Shown here in pieces: positions 1-12,809 of a stretch of DNA of 64,000 nucleotides; the stretch's first letter is position 1, and each line of letters opens with the position of its first letter. Source of the stretch: Octopus vulgaris (taxonomy: Eukaryota). Made by a program: the position numbers and the translations under genes. The stretch is taken from assembly GCA_951406725.2 (NCBI GenBank), contig OX597840.1, forward strand, positions 13,454,001-13,518,000, read 5' to 3'. The notes below the pieces were generated by a model, which saw nothing but the letters and a program-made list of their open reading frames with translations, was not told where the DNA came from and ran no database searches.

Positions 1-87
1 AAGTGCTCTGGGCCCTACAAGATGTGAACCCAGTCCTGCGCTCCACACATGCACAAATAGATAGATAGACAGACAGATAAATATAGG

Positions 88-119
<32 letters not shown>

Positions 120-593
120 TAGATAAGTTCCATTTGCTGTGAGGAACGAAGAATCCGCATGAAAACATAGATTATAATTATGGTGCCTAATCTGGAGAAA
201 TAAAGGTCAGAATCAGAATCAGGACAATTTTTTGACCCAGAAACAAGTCTTACTTAACTTGTATTTCTTTTGAACCTGAAATTTGTTGCACAGTGTTATT
301 AAACTCTTCTATTAAATCTTGGACTGAGCAGAATGGTTCTCTTGCAGAGTTGAAATGCTCAAGAACACAACAGGCGACCCAGTCCGGGATTCGAACTCAC
401 AACCTCACGATCGTAAGCTCGACTCTCTAACGGATAAAAATTTCTTAGCTTCTCTTCCCAATTTTGCAATATTTCTTTATTACAAAAATATCATTAAACT
501 TTATAACTTGTTGGTCGACATCTCGAACAATTTCTTGCTTACAGGACAGAAGGTTCAAACTATTTCCAATTATTTTGATTCTATTCTCAACAG

Positions 594-708
594 GATGATT
601 TCCCTGGTTTAATTCCTCTCATACACAAATATCTTGATTATAATTACGATACCGGTAGCAGACCTCAAAATATGAAATACCTGAAATATATTTCAGACAA
701 AGCTGCAG
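594..708 (+). CDS. Penultimate coding exon of an upstream tandem GCLC-like paralogue (copy A; rest of gene lies before the window)
   Basis: ctcaacAG acceptor at 593, GTAAGA donor at 709. Reads DDFPGLIPLIHKYLDYNYDTGSRPQNMKYLKYISDKAA, homologous to 59499-59616, with the flanking intron also similar. Confidence 0.88.
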
Positions 709-1248
709 GTAAGATGATTCATTTGTTTCCGTCGACTCATCCACCTTCAAATAGTTTTGAAAGCCCATAGAAAATGCGAGCCTTTTACGTGAAAAACTGT
801 GGATTTGTATAAAGGACACACAGACACACAGATACACAAACATTTTGCCGTTTATAGATATAGAGATGTTGCTGCAAATACACAACATTTAATCTCTAAT
901 GATGCTAGTTTGTTCTTTTTAATTATAAAATATAATGTTAAACTATCTTTTAACCTTGTAACAACCATCGTTAATAAACCATCAAACTCCAAATACTACG
1001 TACTTATATGAAGAAAACTGTGTGTGTGTGTGATTCTATCACAGTTAAACCATTCTATCACAGTTTGGTTTTAAGCAATGTTTTCAAAACAGTTATCACA
1101 GCTAAAACGAATAAAGAAAAGAAACAATTAGGGCTTTATCTGTTTTTGCCTCAGATCACGAAGTCAGGATATTGTTACAGAATACAGCAAATAATTTCCA
1201 TATAAAATAAATAATAAACCTTTTTTTTTATTTTCATTTAATTTATAG

Positions 1249-1415
1249 GAAAGATAAGGACAATGGCCCAATGGACAAGACAGTTTGTAACAAATCATGA
1301 AGATTACAAGAATGACTCTGTTGTCAGTGAGAGAATCGCTTATGATTTTATGATGGAATGTGAGAAGATTGTCAACAACGAAGAAGGATGTCCTCAAGCA
1401 TTTATCAGGAGTTAA
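1249..1415 (+). CDS. Terminal coding exon of GCLC-like paralogue copy A
   Basis: tttatAG acceptor at 1248. Reads (G)KIRTMAQWTRQFVTNHEDYKNDSVVSERIAYDFMMECEKIVNNEEGCPQAFIRS-stop (TAA 1413-1415). Same 167 nt length as 60933-61099. Confidence 0.88.
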
Positions 1416-1845
1416 CAAAAACTACAGCAATTTCACTTTGTATTCAGTCGAATAAAATTATGCCAGTGCTTATTATTTTCTACCGGTAGCTTTTGTCAAA
1501 CCGCTAAGTTACAAGGATATAAGCAAACAAACTCCAGTTGTTAAGAGATGATGGGTACAAAGACAGACACAACGCTTTATAGGTGCGAAAACAATGGTCA
1601 CTCTCTTACCGGCCATAACAAACGACCTTATATGTATGTGTATCAGGTATTATATCTATGTGTATATCAGGTATCAGGTGTTAACAAAAGCCATAATTTT
1701 GTTTAACTTATAAATAGGTGAAAAGAAAAACATGAAATCGGTACCAGAGGAATTTGAACTCAGAACGTAAGACGCTTAAAGAAATAACACTAAGAATTTC
1801 GCCCATGATTCTACTTTCTCACTGCTTTGTTGCTACTAAGCATGT

Positions 1846-2172
1846 GTGAAGGTGCGTGGCTTAGTGGTTATGGCATTCGGCTCACGATTGTAAAGTCGTG
1901 ATTTCGATTCCCGGCGACGCGTTGTGGCCTTGAGCAAGACACTTTATTTCACATTGCTCCAGTCCACTCAGCTGGCAAAAATGAGTAGTACCTATATTTC
2001 GAAGGGCCAGCCTTGTCACACTTTGTGTCACGCTGAATCTCCCTGAGAACTACGTTAGGGGTACGCGTGTCTGTGGATTGCTCAGTCACTTGCACGTTAA
2101 TTTCATGAGCAGGCTGTTCCGTTGATCGTATCAGCTGGGACCCTCGTCGTCGTAACCGACGGTGTGATCCTA
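1846..2172 (+). mobile_element. tRNA-derived SINE (family with CCTTGAGCAAGACAC core)
   Basis: A-box TGGCTTAGTGG and B-box-like TTTCGATTCC; flanked by an 11 bp direct repeat ACTAAGCATGT; same family as 38189-38517 and 40139-40469. Confidence 0.9.
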
Positions 2173-2220
2173 ACTAAGCATGTTGTCCGTCATATGCAAT
2201 ATATAATAAATGTCTATATA

Positions 2221-2347
2221 CAGGGTGATTCAAAAGTCGCCATACATAAGAACAATTAATTTTTTTTATAAGAAACAGTTTTTTTAATTAACTGTTTCTT
2301 ATAAAAAATAAATTTTTCCTATGTATGGTGACTTTTGAATCACCCTG
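2221..2347. mobile_element. Small Tc1/mariner-type MITE
   Basis: Terminal inverted repeats CAGGGTGATTCAAAAGTCGCCATACATA and TATGTATGGTGACTTTTGAATCACCCTG. Confidence 0.8.
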
Positions 2348-2379
2348 TGTATGTATATAAATATATATATATATATATA

Positions 2380-2610
2380 GGCGTGGCTGTGTGGTAAGTA
2401 GCTTGCTTACGAACCACATGGTTCCGGGTTCAGTCCCGCTGCGTGGCACCTTGGGCAAGTGTTTTCTACTATAGCCTCGGGCCGACCAAAGTCTTGTGAG
2501 TGGATTTGGTAGATGGAAACTGAAAGAAGCCCGTCGTATATATGCATGTGTATGTATATGTTTGTGTGTCTGTGTTTGTCCCCCCAACATCGCTTGACAA
2601 CCGATGCTTG
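2380..2610 (+). mobile_element. tRNA-derived SINE (family GCGTGGCTGTGTGGTAAG...GAAAGAAGCCCGTCG)
   Basis: Recurs at about 14882, 24123, 25086, 54787, 59860 and, inverted, at about 37010-37150. Confidence 0.85.
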
Positions 2611-3044
2611 TAAACCGTAACCCTCCCCCTTTCGGAGAAGGGGCTTTGGTTATTGTTTCAAAATTGAATTGTGTCCCTGTTTGGGGAAATTGACAATATT
2701 TTTACCGTCTTTACGGAAGCATTTTTGTTAAAATGCCTTCCATAGAAGAAAGTCAAAAAATGAATTTCGCTGCAGCCGTACACTTCTATACAAGATCCAA
2801 TTGATCGAAATTGCAAGAGATGGGCCGACAATTCCAGTCTGTTAGATATTTTGAGTATTGTTATCACTAGCGATATCAAAATATAACTTTGTATTTTGTA
2901 TTTTATGTGTAGATGTATATATATATATATAGATGTACATGTAATATGTACACATATATATACACACATATATACATGCATAATATATCTACCCATACAC
3001 ACACACATACATAGGGGCAGGTGTGGCTGTGTGGTAACAAACTA

Positions 3045-4355
3045 CGTTCGGAGATACTGTACTTGATATGGGCGGTAGTGCCTTGCCGGTTTATGGCCTA
3101 CCTTCAACAAACCGGGAAGGCACAAATACTCTGTCTTCACATTTGCTGCGTGAGACATGTTTCAATGTTGACGAGCTTGCCGAGTACATAGCCGACAATG
3201 AGCCAAAGCTCCTTCCAGAACACAAGTTCGCTTACAACTCCGTTGTTAATTCAGTCCAGGCCAAAACTGGGAGGATTTTTTTTCCTGGACGCTCCTGGGG
3301 GCACTGGGAAAACTTTTGTCAACAAATTAATATTGGCTGGGATTAGGCGAACACAAGGCATTGCCCTAGCTGTGGAATCATCTGGAATTGCGGCTACTTT
3401 GTTGCCAGGCGGCAGGACAGCTCACTCCACTTTCAAGCTTCCGCTTCACTTAGCGAAGACTGAGACACCAACTTGCAACATCAGTAACAGCTCCGATCAG
3501 GCAGAAGTCTTCAGACGATGCAAGCTTATCGTTTGGGATGAATGCCCGATGGCTCACAGACGTGCTCTTGAAGCACTAAATAGATCTCTCAGAGACATCA
3601 AACACTCTTCACCTCCGATGGGAGGCATAACACTTCTTCTTTCAGGGGACTTCCGACAAACACTTCCCGTTATTCCCAAAGGGACTACAGCTGATGCAGT
3701 AAGTGCGTGTCTTAAGTCATCCACATTGTGGCCACTGGTGAAGACTCTCAAACTTCACACCAATATGCGTGCTCATATGCGATGTAATATCACATCAGCT
3801 GCATTTCCTCACACCCTCCTTGCACTTGGCGAAGGCAAAATACCAGGGGATGAAAATGGTAATATTGCCATCGATTCCATTTGTACCATTGTTAAAACGC
3901 CTTCTGATCTCAGAGATGCAGTGTTCCCAGATCTACAAGCTAATTATCAGAATATGGATTGGATTGGCCAAAGGGCTATTCTGGCCCCGAGGAATAAAAC
4001 TGTTCACCATATGAAATGCTAAAACTCATTCTTGGGGAAGTCTATGTATATCAGTCTATCGATACAACTCCTGACCCAGAGGACGTCATCAACTATCCAA
4101 TAGAGGTACTCAATTCCTTTGAGCACCCCGGACTACCACCACACATTCTCAAACTTAAAGTCGGTGCCCCTATAATGCTCATCAGAAATTTGGTTCCCCC
4201 AAAACAATGCAATGGCACACGTTTGATCGTTAAGTCCTTATCTCCCACCGTAAACTTATATCAATATTTGCCTGAATAATCATCATAATTCAGTGCAATC
4301 ATTAACAGTACTTTCAAGCAATTCAGCCCCGAGCATCGCCGGGCAATTCTGCTAG
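3045..4355 (+). mobile_element. Helitron 3' portion: frameshifted PIF1-type helicase domain of RepHel
   Basis: Motifs DAPGGTGKT, GGRTAHSTFKLP, IVWDECPM, GDFRQTLPVI, ILAPRN, LKLKVGAPIMLIRNL..CNGTRL spread over three ORFs; ends with GC hairpin CCCGAGCATCGCCGGG followed by CTAG at 4352-4355. Confidence 0.93.
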
Positions 4356-4374
4356 TTATATATATATATGTATA

Positions 4375-4878
4375 TGATCTCCCTTTGCAGGCTAGCAAGG
4401 ACACCGTGATGGTGTCGGCTCTTCTGGTGACGTCGATAGTCGCCTGGGGCTAAATGCATCAGTAACACCCCCACCACCCCTCCCTGTCCCTAGCCACATT
4501 CAGATGGCTGATCCCGCTTATATTATAGAGCAGTTACTGTTTATACCTCGCTCAGAGATTTATTATTGTCTTCGAACAGATTTTCTACGCCAGTGACTGT
4601 AGTTACTGTGAAAATCTATATATATCTAGCCTGTACAGGAAGTCCCTCAACGAAGAACGGTGCTTGCCATGCGCTGACAAGAGGCAATTACCTCGAAACC
4701 GGTCCGTGTGTAGCATCCGTATCTTCGGGGAGGCTGATCTCCCTTTGCAGGCTAGCAAGGACACCGTGATGGTTTCGGCTCTTCTGATGACGTCGATAGT
4801 CGCCTGGGGCTAAATGCATCAGTAACACCCCCACCACCCCGCCCTGTCCCTAGCCACATTCAGATGGCTGATCCCGCT

Positions 4879-4886
<8 letters not shown>
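4375..4886 (+). repeat. About 150 bp direct repeat at 360 bp period, with a hammerhead-like motif between the copies (retrozyme- or Penelope pLTR-like)
   Basis: TGATCTCCCTTTGCAGG...CCCGCTTATATTATA occurs at about 4375-4527 and about 4736-4886; embedded in (TA)n. Confidence 0.75.
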
Positions 4887-4927
<41 letters not shown>

Positions 4928-5259
4928 CATACATATTATATATATACATATATACATATATATATATATACATATTACATATATACATATATATATATAT
5001 ACATATTACATATATACATATATATATATATACATATTATATATATATATATACATGTTACTCTTTTACTTGTTTCAGTCATGTGACTGTGGCCATGCTG
5101 GAGCACCGCCTTTAGTCGAGCAAATCGACCCCAGGACTTATTCTTTGTAAGCCTAGTACTTATTCTATCGGTCTCTTTTGCCGAACCGCTAAGTTACGGC
5201 ATCAGTTGTCAAGCGATGGGGGAGGGGGGGGGGGCAAACACAACACACAAACATATATG

Positions 5260-6430
5260 CTAAAATGGAAATAACAATGGGGCATGTTCGGTATATCTTG
5301 CTTTATGATTTCAATAAAGGCAACAACGCGACGGAAAGTGCGAGGAATATTAATGCAATATATGGGGGTCGGACAATAAGCGTAAGCCAGTGTCAACGGC
5401 TGTACCAGAAATTCTGAGCCAGAAGCTGCAACCTAGAAATGAACCTTGAACTGGAAGATCTGTAGAGCTCGACGAGGATGTCTCGCAAAACCTGGTGGAA
5501 CAAAATCCCACCGTAACTATTGAGGAACAAGCAGAGAAACTTGAATTTGGTCGGTCAACCATGCATCGACACCTGGATGCCATTGGTAAAGCCAGCAAAT
5601 TGAGTCAGTGGATTTGTCACAAACTTTCTGAGTCTAATCGCATGGAGAGAGTGAATATGTGCTCTTCTTTATTGTCACGTCTCAAGAACGAACCTTGTTT
5701 GGCCCGAATAGTGATTGGTGACGTGAAACGAATTCTCTATAAAAATGTCACGGTGGGTAGGGAAAGGAGAAACACCGGCACCGCAGGCTGATGAAGGTCT
5801 TCACTCACGTAAGTTGTTGTTATCTGTTTGATGGGATATGAACAGTTTCGTCCAATTTGAACTTTTAAACCCGAACCAAACGATAACACTGGAGATCTTC
5901 TGCGAGCAGCTTGGGCGGCTTAAGACACTACTAGAAGGAAAACAAATAACCAGCTTTGGTTTCAAGATGAGAGGTGTTCTTCCATCAGGATAATGCTTGG
6001 ATACATACAGCGAGGATGACACCGCAAAGGCGGGAGCAGTTTGAATGGGAAACGATGTCCCACCCTTCATATTCACTGGACTTTGCCCTAACTGATTATC
6101 ATTTATTCCACAGTCTTCAAAATCATTTTATTTTTTATTTTATTTTATCTAGTTTCAGCTCACGAGCTGTGGCCATGCTGGGGCACCGCCATTTGGACAG
6201 AAAAAAATATAAATTCTGTAGACGAAGTCAGAACAGTAGCAGAGGAGTATTTTTCATCATGGACAACTGAATTTTGGAAGAGGGACCTTGCAAGTTTACC
6301 AGATAGATAGAAGAGCATTGTAGAAAATGAAGGAGAGTATATTTTAGATTAAAAAAGAAAGTTCTTAATCTTAATTTTAACAAATAAAAAAGTATTTAAA
6401 GACCAAATTATCTATAGGATGACCCATTAT
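5260..6430 (+). mobile_element. Degenerate mariner transposon
   Basis: Broken ORFs with HTH-like MEQNPTVTIEE..., IVIGDVKRILYKN, FHQDNAWIH, HPSYSLDFALTDYHLFHSLQNH; 3' TIR-like TTATCTATAGGATGACCCATTATA near 6410-6432. Confidence 0.88.
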
Positions 6431-6445
6431 ATATATGTGTGTCTG

Positions 6446-6481
<36 letters not shown>

Positions 6482-7249
6482 AATAAATAAATGGAGTTTA
6501 ACACAGGTGTTAAATCAAATATTTTTACTTTCGACACATGTTTCGAAAATTCCACTGATACTATTCAAAAAAATAAATGGTATAAAACTCAACTTGTGTG
6601 TCTCTGTGTTTAACTTCCCGGCACATCTCCTCCTAGCCAACAAATCGTTGAACCACCAAAAATGGGTCACTTAAACTTTTGGCGAATGAAAATTGAACTG
6701 CGCTATTTCTGTTCCGAAATTCATCTCGCACGTGCAAAAATTGATAATGTGTTTGTTTAGGCCTTATCCCATGCATTGAATAGTGAACTTTACTCAGTCA
6801 GCTGTTTGACGTGAACTGTGTTCACCACGCGTGCAAGCATACGTAAATTGCATAAAAAATAAAAAATCAAGATATAAAAACGAATCGCCGTAAACATTGT
6901 AGAAATTCTGCAAAGAAATGAATTTTCGGGATGTAGCCTGAAGGGTTTTTTCGTATTAATCGTTTGGTCTTTGTGAACAATTGTTTTCATAACATTTTTA
7001 ACGCTTTGAATTAAATGTGGCCATTTTGCGTTTGAATCACTTTAACCAAATTTTAGCAGGCCGGATTTTTGATCATCATGATACATCGCCAGCGACTCCT
7101 TGAAACTCTCCCCTGAAATCCCCGTTGAGAAATACTGATCTAAAAGAATAATTCAACAATGCAATTATTTGATCAGCAAAAATTTATGAAACGCTTCTAC
7201 GTACTTCCTATTGAGGAAATGGAACACATAAGCGCAAAAATAGAGGGCA

Positions 7250-7364
7250 TTAAATGCTTGATTTTAAAACCAAAATAATTGAATTTTGATTGAACTTCAT
7301 CCAAGTTTAGCTTAATTCGCGCGTGCATAGAACGCACGAGCGCACGAGCCGGGCAATACTGCTA

Positions 7365-7365
<1 letters not shown>
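7250..7365 (+). mobile_element. Second Helitron-type 3' terminus (non-autonomous; 5' extent not determined)
   Basis: GCCGGGCAATACTGCTAG at 7348-7365 nearly matches the Helitron end GCCGGGCAATTCTGCTAG at 4338-4355. Confidence 0.65.
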
Positions 7366-7407
<42 letters not shown>

Positions 7408-7984
7408 CAAAATAATCAACAAGAATATCCAGAGGTAATGCAGTGCGATCGTTTCAAGCAACTCCATTTAATTGACCAATACAATAATTTTTGTGTGACT
7501 TCAATCGTAAGAAGATATAACAATAATGTCAACATTGCGTTGATAGCACGTGTTTTTAATCATTTAATAAGCGAAAAAATTACCAAAAAAAAAAGATTAC
7601 CAACACATTTTGTTGTTTTAAGCATTCAATATGCATTTAAAGTGAAAAAGTAAAACGGTAAACAACCCATTTTGTAGTTTCCAGAGTAGAAAAAAGAAAC
7701 TGTAAAAAAATTAAATATGTCATAAACAAATAAAATATTTCGTAAACAATGCATGCGAGCACAGAGACAGCAATTTAGCGACCTTTATGTCAGACAGATA
7801 GAAGTTGTCATTTGGCATGATACGGCAACATAATTTTTTTTTTCTGAGATCTTTTCAATCTGCGAAGTTTCAAGGTGTTTAGTTTAAAAAAATTAATTCA
7901 AAAATCTGGTCATCATATTGAAAAGAATCCAGAAGGATCTTTCTCAGAATCGTTAGCACACCTTGCAAAATACTGGGATCTGTT

Positions 7985-10900
7985 ATTTTATTACCCATTA
8001 AGGGCCAACATAGAGGGGACAATACAGCATGATCGGGGTCACACATAAACGAATGATACAATAAAACTTTACATGAGTAATGAAAACGAATGGGTTACAA
8101 TACAATAAATAACAACAGTAAATAACAAACAATAATTACAAACAACAGGTTACAAACAATAATATACACGGTGAGATGTTAAAAACGGGTATGCTCCGAC
8201 CCCGCGAGCCCTGTCTTAAAGACACCGATCTACTGTAAGTCACACTAGCGTGTTCACGCAGCGCCTTTCACTCCCAAAATGCGTGCTACACGCGTCCATC
8301 GTTTTCTAAACTCACTCTGTGACAAACACCTCCTTTCCAGCCCCACCTTCCTTTTCAAATGAAAAGCGAACATATTCACGAGGGCGAGGCCGGAGACGCA
8401 GGTGTGTATCACTATACCTTTCATTCTCGACTTCCATATCACCTCTCTCATAATTGCTACTATCACGAGAAAGAAATTCTTACCTTCTTCCGTTGGGAGA
8501 TGCAGCGGGTTAATTTTTACAATTGGGCAAGACGGAAAGACGGAAAGACGGAACACGATGACCGATGCGATAAACACATTGGCCACATCTGCCCTCCCTT
8601 TCAAGAATAGCCACCGCCAAGACCAGGTCCTGACTATGCTGGCCACCTTGCTGGAGACCTCAGCCCAGTTCTTTTCTATCTGGAGATCTGGGCCAACCCA
8701 AATTCCTAGCAACTTAATCGGGCCCTCCGTCCAACGTCCTACGATGCTATTCGAAGGCATCGACTTGCCCCTCCAGGTGCCGAGTTGCAAGCCGACCGAC
8801 TTTTCCCGGTTAACTTTTGCTCCTGCCACCGTCTCGTAAACCTTAATGGTTTCATCTACTTGCTGCAGATGTCCCATCTTGATCTCGATGATAGTGATGT
8901 CGTCCGCGTAGGCTGTAACCGATCCTCCACCTCCTGGATTCATCGGGATGCCGTTCAGCTTTCTCAGTAATGGCTCTAGGGCCATCACGTACAAAAGCAC
9001 AGAGAGCGGACACCCTTGGCGAACCAAACGTTTGATGCAGAACGGCTTTGATAAAAAGCCATTCACCCGAACGACCAAGTCGATGTTATCGTACACCTAA
9101 CTATATGATCCACCTGAGAAAACCAAAACCCAGTCCGAACCGCGCGAGAACAGAAACCAGGTATCGAATGCTTTAGCTTGGTCTAAATGGACCAGTGCCC
9201 CGCCCTTGCCAGCTTTTTTACCATACCCTTCTACAGTGTAGCGTATAAGATGAAGATTATCCTGGATGGTTCTGCCGGGGACAGCACACGTTTGAGCCCC
9301 TCCAATTAGGCCATCCGTGACACGCGTCAATCTTTTTGCTAACACTTTGGCCAAAATCATCTCTGCGTTCAGCAGAGTGATGGGCCTAAAATTATCTATA
9401 TTATCCCCCTTGTCTGAGTCCTTCCTGACCAGCGTCACAACTCCCCGGTGTACAGATCTGGAGATAAGCCCATTCTGCTGCCAGTTTGTGTAAACGCTAG
9501 CCAGTATGTTCCCAAACAAATCTGGCATACTTTTATACAGCTCGTAGGGAAGACCATCGAGACCCGGCGCCTTATCACCACCGCAGTCTGCTATGGCCTC
9601 AATAATTTCCCTAGTTGTGATCGACCCTTCACAGCTCTCCGCATCCTGCCCCGAGAGAGCGGCAGGCCGGCGAGGAAGTCCGTAAGGTCCATCCTGCAAT
9701 CCGGCCCATCGCTTCCCCCGAAAAGCTGGGCGAAGTGTTCTGGATAGGTCCGACACATCTCCTCGGGTTTGTTTATCAAATCACCTTGCGCATTCACCAC
9801 AGATCGAATTATGGAATCATTTCCATGTTGAGCTTCCACAACCCGTGCCCATCCAGCGGCCTTGATTCCCTCGCTCCAGATTGCACGAAGTCTAGATCTG
9901 ACTATACACCCCATGTGTTTGGCTTCGAGGTGCTGGTTTAATTCCAGTCTCTTCACTTTCACCTGGGATGCGTCGCAAGATAACATGGCTTCCTCTAGGG
10001 CCTTAACTAATTCTTTTTCTTCCTTACGCCCTCTAGCCACTAATCTTATGCTATATCTAATAGACTCAAATTTAATTGCTCTTTTGAGGGCGTACCACCA
10101 TTTGTTGTTGATAATGAAACCGGTTAACACCCTCTGTATTAGTACCTTGATCCGGCTCCTGTACTCCTCAATCGCCAAAAGGGACTTATTGAGTTTCCAG
10201 TAGCCGGAACCCTTACTATATATCCTATCTAGATTCAGTTTACATGTTACCAACTTGTGGTCACTGTAACTGACCAAGTGGAATTGTGGACGCGTAACTA
10301 TTTCTTTATCTAATTTTATAATAAATATCCTATCTATGTAAGACCTAAATGACCCGTCGCTATTTGACCATGTCCACAATGGAGCGTTCGGGAATTCTAT
10401 TCTGTAGGGATTTACTAGCTGAAAGTGACTTAGTAGATCCTGGAAACCTATGTTCGGTTTTCAATTGGGATTCGAACCGACACTATCTACGCGCGCATCG
10501 AGAATAGTGTTGAAGTCTCCTAACACAACTAGTGAACGTGACGTGCCTAGAAACTTCTCCAAATCTCGGTAATAATCAGTCTGACTTGAACTAGGTGCAT
10601 AAACTGCAACCAGCCTGATTTCCTTACCACTGAACGTCAAATCTAAAACGACCAGCCTACCTTCTGGATCAGAAAAATCAACTTTTTCTCTGAAACTTGG
10701 TTTCTTTTAATTAGGACCAACACCCCACTCCGCCACCTGGTAGGCCTGGAGAAGCGAACCTCTCGTAACCATTCAGGAGCGGAGAGCAGATCTCTTGGCC
10801 CTTTTAATCAAGTTTCAGTAGCAACAATGACATTGTGCCCTGACGTCATTTAGGAAACGTCCTAGTTTCCAGCTCGACGCCAGGCCACGCACATTTATAC

Positions 10901-12540
10901 ATCCTACGTGAACATTCATTTAAATGACTTACCTCAGTCGGTGTCTGGAGGCGGAGGGTTATCCGCTTTCTCTTTTTTTCCGGGCTCGCGGTGTCGGGAT
11001 GATGAGGCCATCATATATATCTCGGTAATGTCATGTCTGAGAGGGCCTACATCATTTCGAAACTCACTCTGTAACCTGTTATAATTTTTTGGGTCAGTCT
11101 TAAAAATAGAAAACCCATCCATACCTTCAGTTTCTATTTTGGGGGCATGAATTACTGCCACGGGCTTCGCTAGATCTCGATTCGAGCTGCGAACCGCCAT
11201 GAAATAGTCTTCTACCTCACTTTTCCTTGGCCTTTTTTTTTACTTGTCATTTTTTTTCTCTTTTTCCTTCTCGGAAAATTTTTCTCTCATGGTTCACCGC
11301 TTCCCACCCCTCGCCTGCCTTTGCCTCTGGTATTGATGTCTGTTCCTTCGGTTTTGCTGTGTTTTCTTCTGCTTCATTTGTCTTTTTCTGATTCCTTGGT
11401 CTTGCAGTCCGACCTGAGGTGGCCCTTTTTTCCACACTGGAAGCATCGAAGTTGGCGACCCTTCACCACGACCACTAATCGGGTCTCACCAACCTCGATA
11501 ATTTCTGTTATTTCTTCCAGTTTTGCTCAGTCTGCATAATAATACGAAGGCTCTATCCAAACCAATTACGTGGCTCCATCGCGGCAGCTTCCACTATGCT
11601 TATTTTTTTTCTTCCAAACCCATAGTGACTGCCGCGACGAGCCACTCGGGGTCCACCTCAGGGAGAATATTACTTCTAGTCACTCTCGGTGTTCTTCTGC
11701 CCATATATATATACTGGTAGAAGTACCAACTCCTCAGTCATTAGTGGGTCGACTGAATAAAGTCATGGTGCCTTTTCGTACCCCATTCTTACTTCCACGG
11801 CGGCATACCAATTTCTTAATTGTCTACCGGGGGCCAAACATAGAAATGGAAAGAACTGATGGGATCAGTAAAGCGATATGGCTTTACATATAATGTGACT
11901 TTAAAAATTTAAATAAAATATTAAAAAATCGAATGAAATTAACAATACAAAGACAATACAAATGAAGCGATGATCAGACCACGCTCCGACCCCGATCTAT
12001 CACTGGTACCGTTTTTGCCGGGATTTTTTTGTTCTTTTTCCACGGCGGCATAGCGCCTACCTCGATTGACCTATTTGACCAAATGCCATATCGGCTTCAA
12101 ACATTTTTCTATTTCGCTTTCAATTACATAATCTATTTTTTTCTTTTACTTTATACATTTTATGGGTGATGGTCTTTTTTTCAATGTCTTGTTGTATTTC
12201 TTTTGCAGGGTCCACTTTAATTTCGTTCCCCTCCTTTTTTAAAAGTTCTTTGTGTTTTCCTAGGTTATCCACGTTATTCAATTTTACTTTAGTTCCTGCT
12301 GCTGCAGCAAAGTCTAATTTTTTTGTTTTTTTCTTTTCATTTTTTTCCATGACTTTCTCCGATGTATTTAAACTTTCGACTTCAATATTTTTTCTTGACG
12401 TTGATGGTCTCGGTGAGTAAATATCCGTTGCGTCTTCAATAAGCACCTTTTCACAAATCTCCTCTTCACTTGTTACTTGTTCACTGTTGGGTTTTCTTGA
12501 GCTTGCCATAATGCAAGCCTCCCCACACTAGGTAAACCAC
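7985..12540 (-). mobile_element. Largely complete but degenerate Tx1/L1-clade LINE (ORF1 with CCHC knuckle; ORF2 APE plus RT)
   Basis: RT motifs KAPGLDGLP, FRPITLLN, LDQAKAFD, RQGCPLS, AYADD; APE end SYIDRIF/SDHKLV and GSGYWKLN; ORF1 CFQCGKKGHLRSDC on the minus strand near 11403-11444; several frameshifts. Confidence 0.92.
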
Positions 12541-12809
12541 ACAAATAAAGTTTTCCCAAAAATTGCACTTCAATAATACTGACACGCTCACCTCCTCGTA
12601 AACAACCGCAATAATTCAACGATAATTAACACAACTCGCACGCGCTGGTTAGACTTGGGATCGATCCGCCGGACAAGGATTCTGGATTATTTTTCCTGCC
12701 TCTTTACTTAATTTTTGAGAGCGGTCAAGTTCATTTTTAGTATTCTTATTTGTGAGAGTAGTTGAGTTTATTTCAGATATTCTCATTTAAAAAATCATCT
12801 CCAGCTAAA

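Noticed and set aside
3198-4022. PIF1 helicase as a host gene
   Set aside because: Intronless, frameshifted and followed by a Helitron hairpin-CTAG end.
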